Of a stretch of 64,000 nt of DNA, positions 59,152 through 64,000 are shown piece after piece. Origin of the DNA: Peribolospora baueri. Taxonomy: Eukaryota. Position 1 is the first letter of the stretch; every line of letters starts with the position of its first letter. Under the pieces are notes generated by a model that saw nothing but the letters and a program-made list of their open reading frames with translations, was not told the DNA's origin and searched no databases. Both the position numbers and the translations under genes were made by a program. The stretch is taken from assembly GCA_029717555.1 (NCBI GenBank), contig JAMDHS010000006.1:310001-374000 (forward strand). The letters are read 5' to 3'.

Positions 59152-62014
59152 CGCGAGAATGAGAGACGAACCAAGCGGAAGGCGAGCGAGAACGCCGAAC
59201 CAGGTTAAGACACGAACAGCAAAATGGTCTTCCCGCGTTGACCGAGCAGAATCTTCCAAATCTGCCTCCTCGACAGGGGGTCCAATCCGCTCGTACATTC
59301 GTCGATCAGGAGAACTGCGAGGGCAAGCGATCAATTAATGGGCTCCGCCTCCATTTCATCACTCAAACAAAGACGTCTCACCTTGTGATCCGCCAACGAG
59401 AGCAGCAGCTAGTTGCAGCTTGCGTTTCTAAGGAGCGCAAAGCGAAATCAAACGAGGTCGTCTCAGCGCCCCATTTCGATGAAAAAAAAAACGAGCCGCA
59501 AGAGCCAGCTCACCTGACCGCCGCTGAGCGAACCGGGTCTGTGCTCGACTTTATTCGCCAGGTCGCACCTGCAGAGCAAATCTTCCGCGTCCTCCATCGT
59601 CTCCCTCCGGTCCTTCAAGCCGCGGAACACTTCGACATGTTGCTTGGCCGTGAGCTCCTCCCAGAAGACGTTCTTCTGCGGACATACCCCTAGCAGCCCT
59701 CTCGGCGCGACGCTGCGGTCATGCCCCTCGATACGGATCGCCCCGGACGTGGCCGAGATCCAACCGGCCATGGCACCGATGGTCGTCGACTTTCCGGAGC
59801 CGTTTGAGCCTAGCAGCGCCGTGAGGGAGCCGTGTGGGACGGTGAAGGAAAGGTTGTCGACGACGAGAGATTTGCCGTACTTTTTCGAAAAGTGATCCAC
59901 CTCGATGGCGGGAGTGGGCGCAGAGGAGGTTTCCTGCATCGCTCCCGCTCGAGGTGAGCGAAGCGGCCGACGGAACGTCTTGAAAAAAGATTCTGGATAG
60001 TAAAGCAATCGCTCCAAGGCGGCGGCTAGGAAGAGCCACAAGAAGATGTCGACCTGAAACGCAGGGGAGAAAAGAATGAGGAAGCGATGCGAGGCATGTT
60101 TGACCGGACAAAAGAACGCTCCCGCTCACTATGGAGATGATGAGCAAGGACAGCGGGCTGGCGCCACCTCCGTCATTGCCGTCCGGATAATAAACCTTGG
60201 TGGCGATCGCAGGGAGGTCGTTCATCTCGTATCGGGTGATGGAGAGGAAGAGGAACACAAAGGCCATCTAGAAATAAACGGATAAGATCAAAGTGTGTGA
60301 TGAGCGACGACGAGCCAAGACCCGCGTCCCCTCTGTCTCGAAACAGTCTAGGTCGTCCCCATCGCTCACCGGCGGAAACACGACGCTAAGGCCGATCTGC
60401 GTGCCCTGATGGCTGTCCTTGACCAAGAGGGCGACGATGGCGAGAACGATGGCGAGACCGGTAGTGATAACGGCGCTCAGGTTAGCCCTTTTAAAAAAAG
60501 TGGCCATGAAAAGGCTCCAAGAGGCGAGGGCTGCGCCGGGAAGGACGTGGGCAAAAACGGTGAGCGCGCCTTCGGTCTTGGTGAAGAGCTGGGAAGCGAC
60601 GATACCGCCCATGGCAAAATAGGCCGGAAAGTACGCCGCGGCGGGGCCGGTGATCCACTGCAGGATGCGTGGGAACTGGCCGCACCCCATCGTCTGTGCG
60701 AGGGCGGTCATTCCGGAACCCCTCTCAGCGGAGACGGAGGACGGCAGATGCCATACGACGCCGAGGAAGCCGATGAAGAAGGCGAGAACGATGAGCGAAT
60801 AAACGCCGGAGAGGAAGAGAATCCGCTTTTCGTCGGTTTGTTCAGAGTCGGATGAGAGCGAGAAGGGCTGCTCGTTGGGTAGCGGTGGATCGTCGCCTGT
60901 CAGGATGCGAATGATGGCCTGAGGATGAAAGACAGAGGTCGAAGTGCAAGGATGGAGATGGCATGGGCAGACGAAGAGGCCGTGAGCGGACGGTTTTCTA
61001 AACATGTGCCGTGCCGACTCACGCTGTCGATCGCCCACTGAAGTGGGAGATGTCGTCGGTCATAGTCGCCATCGCGGTTGCTGACGCGAATGACGTTCAG
61101 CCCGCTGTCCATCCTCAACGTATAGTTCACCGTCCCCCCGGCCGTGGCAGGCGCGCCGAGCGGCCCACCAAAGTCGTGGAAGATGACGGCTCCGAAACAG
61201 TTGCTCAGACCGGTGAAGCTCTGCTGACACATTCCCAGCAGCTCGTCCTCTGCGTCGAGTTGTTTGACTTGATGCCGGGCGGAAGCAGGTAGCGTCGCGG
61301 TGAGGAAGGAGATTATGGACGAGGCGGAGAGAGCACCGGAAGCCGTGGAGGCGTTTCCGGAGGCGTCGATCCAGTAGATTGGACGAGTACCAATCTCGGA
61401 GGAGAGCGCGCGCAGCGGCCCCGGGGTGGAAAGGCCGAGGTCGTCGTGCGTGCTGGGTGGAGAGGGAGGCAGAGGCCGTTCGATGTCCAGTTCCACCCAC
61501 ATGGGCACGTCCACCGAGCTACTCCTCTGTGAAGTTAAAGTGGGAAGAATATGGACTCACGAAATCAAGTCCTTGCAGTACGCGAGGAATATGAAATAAC
61601 AGATCGGAAGAAGGACACATCGGATGACATTGATCTGTGCATGAGAGACGTGACCATGAGCGTCGTCGTCTGCAGAAGAAACCTGTGCCCCGACAATAGA
61701 GGTACACGCCAAAGACGTCCACTCGAGTCGTCTTTCCGGCGTCACCCTTTCGCGCCATCCGATCGGTGACTGGCCGGCGACTGCCGAATACTCACGATCC
61801 AGTGATGCCTGAGGACGATCCAGTTTTTCCTCGTCAGCGCCCAGAGCTGCTGCATGGCCATGGCGGACGCGCCTTTCTCCTCGCCCAGGCTGGAGCTCAC
61901 GTCTCCCGCACTGTCCATGCTGTCCAGCTTTTCCGGGACAGATGAGGAGGTTGAGCGGCCGTTGAGCGGTAGGGCGACGACGTGGTCGACCTCTGGGCCT
62001 TGAGGTTCGGACAT
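55185..62014 (-). CDS. Full-length ABCA-subfamily transporter (TMD-NBD-TMD-NBD), many introns
   Basis: N-terminal QQLWALTRKNW. NBD1 has GSNGSGKST, GVCPQKN, LSGGQKRKL, IDECTSGLDP and TTHFLDEAD, followed by TLESVFL. NBD2 has GINGGGKST, GVCPQFDAL, LSGGNQRKL, LDELTSGVD and TSHSMEE, followed by LESIFL. Confidence 0.92.
59110..59151 (+). repeat. G42 homopolymer (C42 on the sense strand, inside an ABCA intron)
   Basis: Direct count. It lies between the donor after KTIL and the acceptor before TTHFLDEAD. Confidence 0.95.
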
Positions 62015-63159
62015 GGTGGGGGTGGTTAGAAGTGCGGCCGTCCAGACGATCTCGACGCAAGCTGAGCGCGAAAGGCGACGTGGAGGAGAAGGGCGGAGGG
62101 GGATGACGACGACACCGAGCTCATGCTAACGTGCCGGCACGGGCGACGCGGCCTCCGAGGCGCTTTTGGCGAAGAGCGTCAGCGGACGCGGTAGCGAAGC
62201 GGTGAGGCGATTCGATGATGGGGGTGCTCTGGCTTGCGAGAAGATGATGGAGGAGCAAGATGAGCTAGCTAGCTTTGGCGTCGCCTGCGCAACAGCTAAA
62301 AGAGAGCTGGGCTCCACGTGGTTAGATGATGAAGGAGGTCTGTCAGCGTTATGAGCCGGCTGTCAGTGTATCTATCATCTCGAGATATGGTTCTCCCTTG
62401 TCGGCGGCTTCTCGCGGCTTCTCGGACAAGCTGCGGCAAGCATTCGGTCTGGTATCGTTCGGCGGGCCGATATGACAGGCAACCATCGACATTGGGCGAG
62501 CTGGCATCCGAGCCGGGCACCGAGACGGGAGTGTCGACGGTGTGGCTCATGGATGGGCAAGGGATGGAAGTGCTTGCTCGAGGAGGTAGGCATGGATGTG
62601 GGTCGCATCAGTTTATGCAGGAAGGGCGCCGACCAGCATCGAACCGGGAAGGCCGATTGCGCGCAAGTCGCCGACCCGGCTCCTGATCATCCATTACCAT
62701 CGTCGCCCCGTCGCTTTTCGTCGCCGTGATGGCTGGGCGAGCGAGAGAACAGGCAGCATAGCATTGACCAGGCAATGCTCCTCTTTCTCGACCGTCTACA
62801 GTAGTCCATCGCGTGTACGGCTTCCTCGCCGCTTCATCCTCTGCAGGCGTATCGCGGACAAGGCTCCAGACGCGTTCGCTCCATCTCGCCCAGACATCGG
62901 ACTAGCTTGCTCTTCAGCACTCGCCGCGCGACGACCACCTCGCTCGTTCGAGTACGAGTATGAGCACGAGCACGAGCACGAGCCTCGCTGGCCCTTGCCC
63001 GTTCGTCGAGCGAAAGAAAAGAGGGGCATTTAGTCCGGATCTCATTATCGGATGGCGGGGTATACATGACCTGTCCAACCTGAGAAGCAGAAACGCATCG
63101 TAACACGACGAGTCACCACCTCTAGCCAACATATATCAAACCAGGCGTCCCGTCTATCG

Positions 63160-64000
63160 CTAAAAATCGCCCCACTCCTCATCGTCTTCCCACCCGCCGT
63201 CCTTTTTCCTCTCTGCCGAAACCTGCCTGACCTTCCTCCTGGCCCCCACGCTCCCCGAACCGGTCGTCCCAGCGGATCCGCGGAAGGACCCGGTAGAAGA
63301 GCCGATGGTGGGCCGGGGCTTCTGCCATATGTCCTCCTCATCGACGGCATTGGTCGAATCGGCGGAGCGCGGAAGGAAGGAAGTGGCGGAGGACGCAGAG
63401 GGGGGATCAACTCCGTTAGAGGCGAAAAAATCCCGCTCGGAATCGTCGCCGCCGTGTCCCGATGCCAAGAGCGATTGATACCCTCCTCCCCTAGAACCAC
63501 CAGCGTATGCCCCCCTCGCCCCGTTTGCTCCGCCGGCATGCCCATTTAGATATTCGTGCCCAGTCTCCAAAGCCTTGCCTCCGAACCGTTGCGCCTCCGC
63601 CGCCCAACCGCCTAAAGTCCCTTTGATGCCCTGTTGAAACTCGGGATCCATGACGCGCGCCGCCGTAGGTTGTACGATCTCCGAGTTCACGCGCGCCATG
63701 CCAGCTCCCACCGTCGAGGTGAACCACGACAAGCCCGAGGAGAGTGCACCCACAGGGTCGGCGCGAATATCGTCGATCGTCGGAACCGAACCCGCACCGG
63801 AGAAGGAAGCGGAGGAAGAAGGTTGCCAAGGCTCCGATCCAAAGCCTGCGTACCGCCCTCCCTGGCTCGGAGGGAGGTTGTCAGGCCGAGCGGCATTGGA
63901 GGCTCCCAAGCTTGAAAAAAACGCTTCATTGTCCGCTTTGCTGGGAGCGTTGGAGAATGGATTGGAAGCATCTCCAACGCCTCCTGGTCCTCCGGGCGAA
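63160..64000 (-). CDS. GCS1: 3' part of ArfGAP1/Gcs1-type ARF GTPase-activating protein (5' end outside the window)
   Basis: The frame is open to the window edge: NEAFFSSLGASNAARPDNLPPSQGGRYAGFGS, DPVGALSSGLSWF, and acidic tail WEDDEEWGDF*. The zinc-finger GAP domain is not visible. Confidence 0.8.
   Translation of the reverse strand, partial: SPGGPGGVGDASNPFSNAPSKADNEAFFSSLGASNAARPDNLPPSQGGRYAGFGSEPWQPSSSASFSGAGSVPTIDDIRADPVGALSSGLSWFTSTVGAGMARVNSEIVQPTAARVMDPEFQQGIKGTLGGWAAEAQRFGGKALETGHEYLNGHAGGANGARGAYAGGSRGGGYQSLLASGHGGDDSERDFFASNGVDPPSASSATSFLPRSADSTNAVDEEDIWQKPRPTIGSSTGSFRGSAGTTGSGSVGARRKVRQVSAERKKDGGWEDDEEWGDF

Noticed and set aside
1551..64000. Cryptic peroxisomal isoforms through TGA-CTA readthrough or alternative last exons
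   Set aside because: The stop contexts and alternative C-termini I checked (APL4, COX17, PER1, NCA2, GLN1, SOD1, TANGO2, Pex8-like) gave no readthrough motif or PTS1.
1..64000. CRISPR-like array or regularly spaced repeat-spacer system
   Set aside because: I saw only microsatellites and short tandem units (e.g. CTGTAGCCCGT near 30768, GGAGCA near 54793, GAGCAC near 62962), with no repeat-spacer periodicity.

Overview
GC-rich, intron-dense fungal genomic DNA, probably a basidiomycete; Ustilaginomycotina is inferred from protein features and GTGAG/GTGCG-type donors. I can support about 18 protein-coding loci: AP-1 gamma adaptin, Cox17, Per1, Nca2, a Pex8-like protein, a truncated DUF2985-like gene, Psy2/PP4R3, glutamine synthetase, a Ser-rich tail-anchored orphan, a DUF676 lipase, dynein light chain, Mms2, Mlh3, a Mup1-like amino-acid permease, TANGO2/NRDE, Shr3, Cu/Zn SOD, a full-length ABCA transporter and the 3' part of a Gcs1-type ArfGAP. 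There is also one tRNA-Ala(UGC), a ~2.4 kb patch of retrotransposon debris between MMS2 and MLH3, and several microsatellites and homopolymers. Gene calls come from recognising motifs by eye and splicing by hand, not from database searches. Most of the window is ordinary housekeeping content, and I found no clearly new multi-gene system. The best leads are a nested RNA structure that covers a candidate 3' splice site (276-582), a head-to-head copia RNase H hairpin (39836-39996), an MLH3 with an altered GFRGEAL ATPase signature, a possible Atg32-like tail-anchored protein, and a gene broken at a C46 tract.
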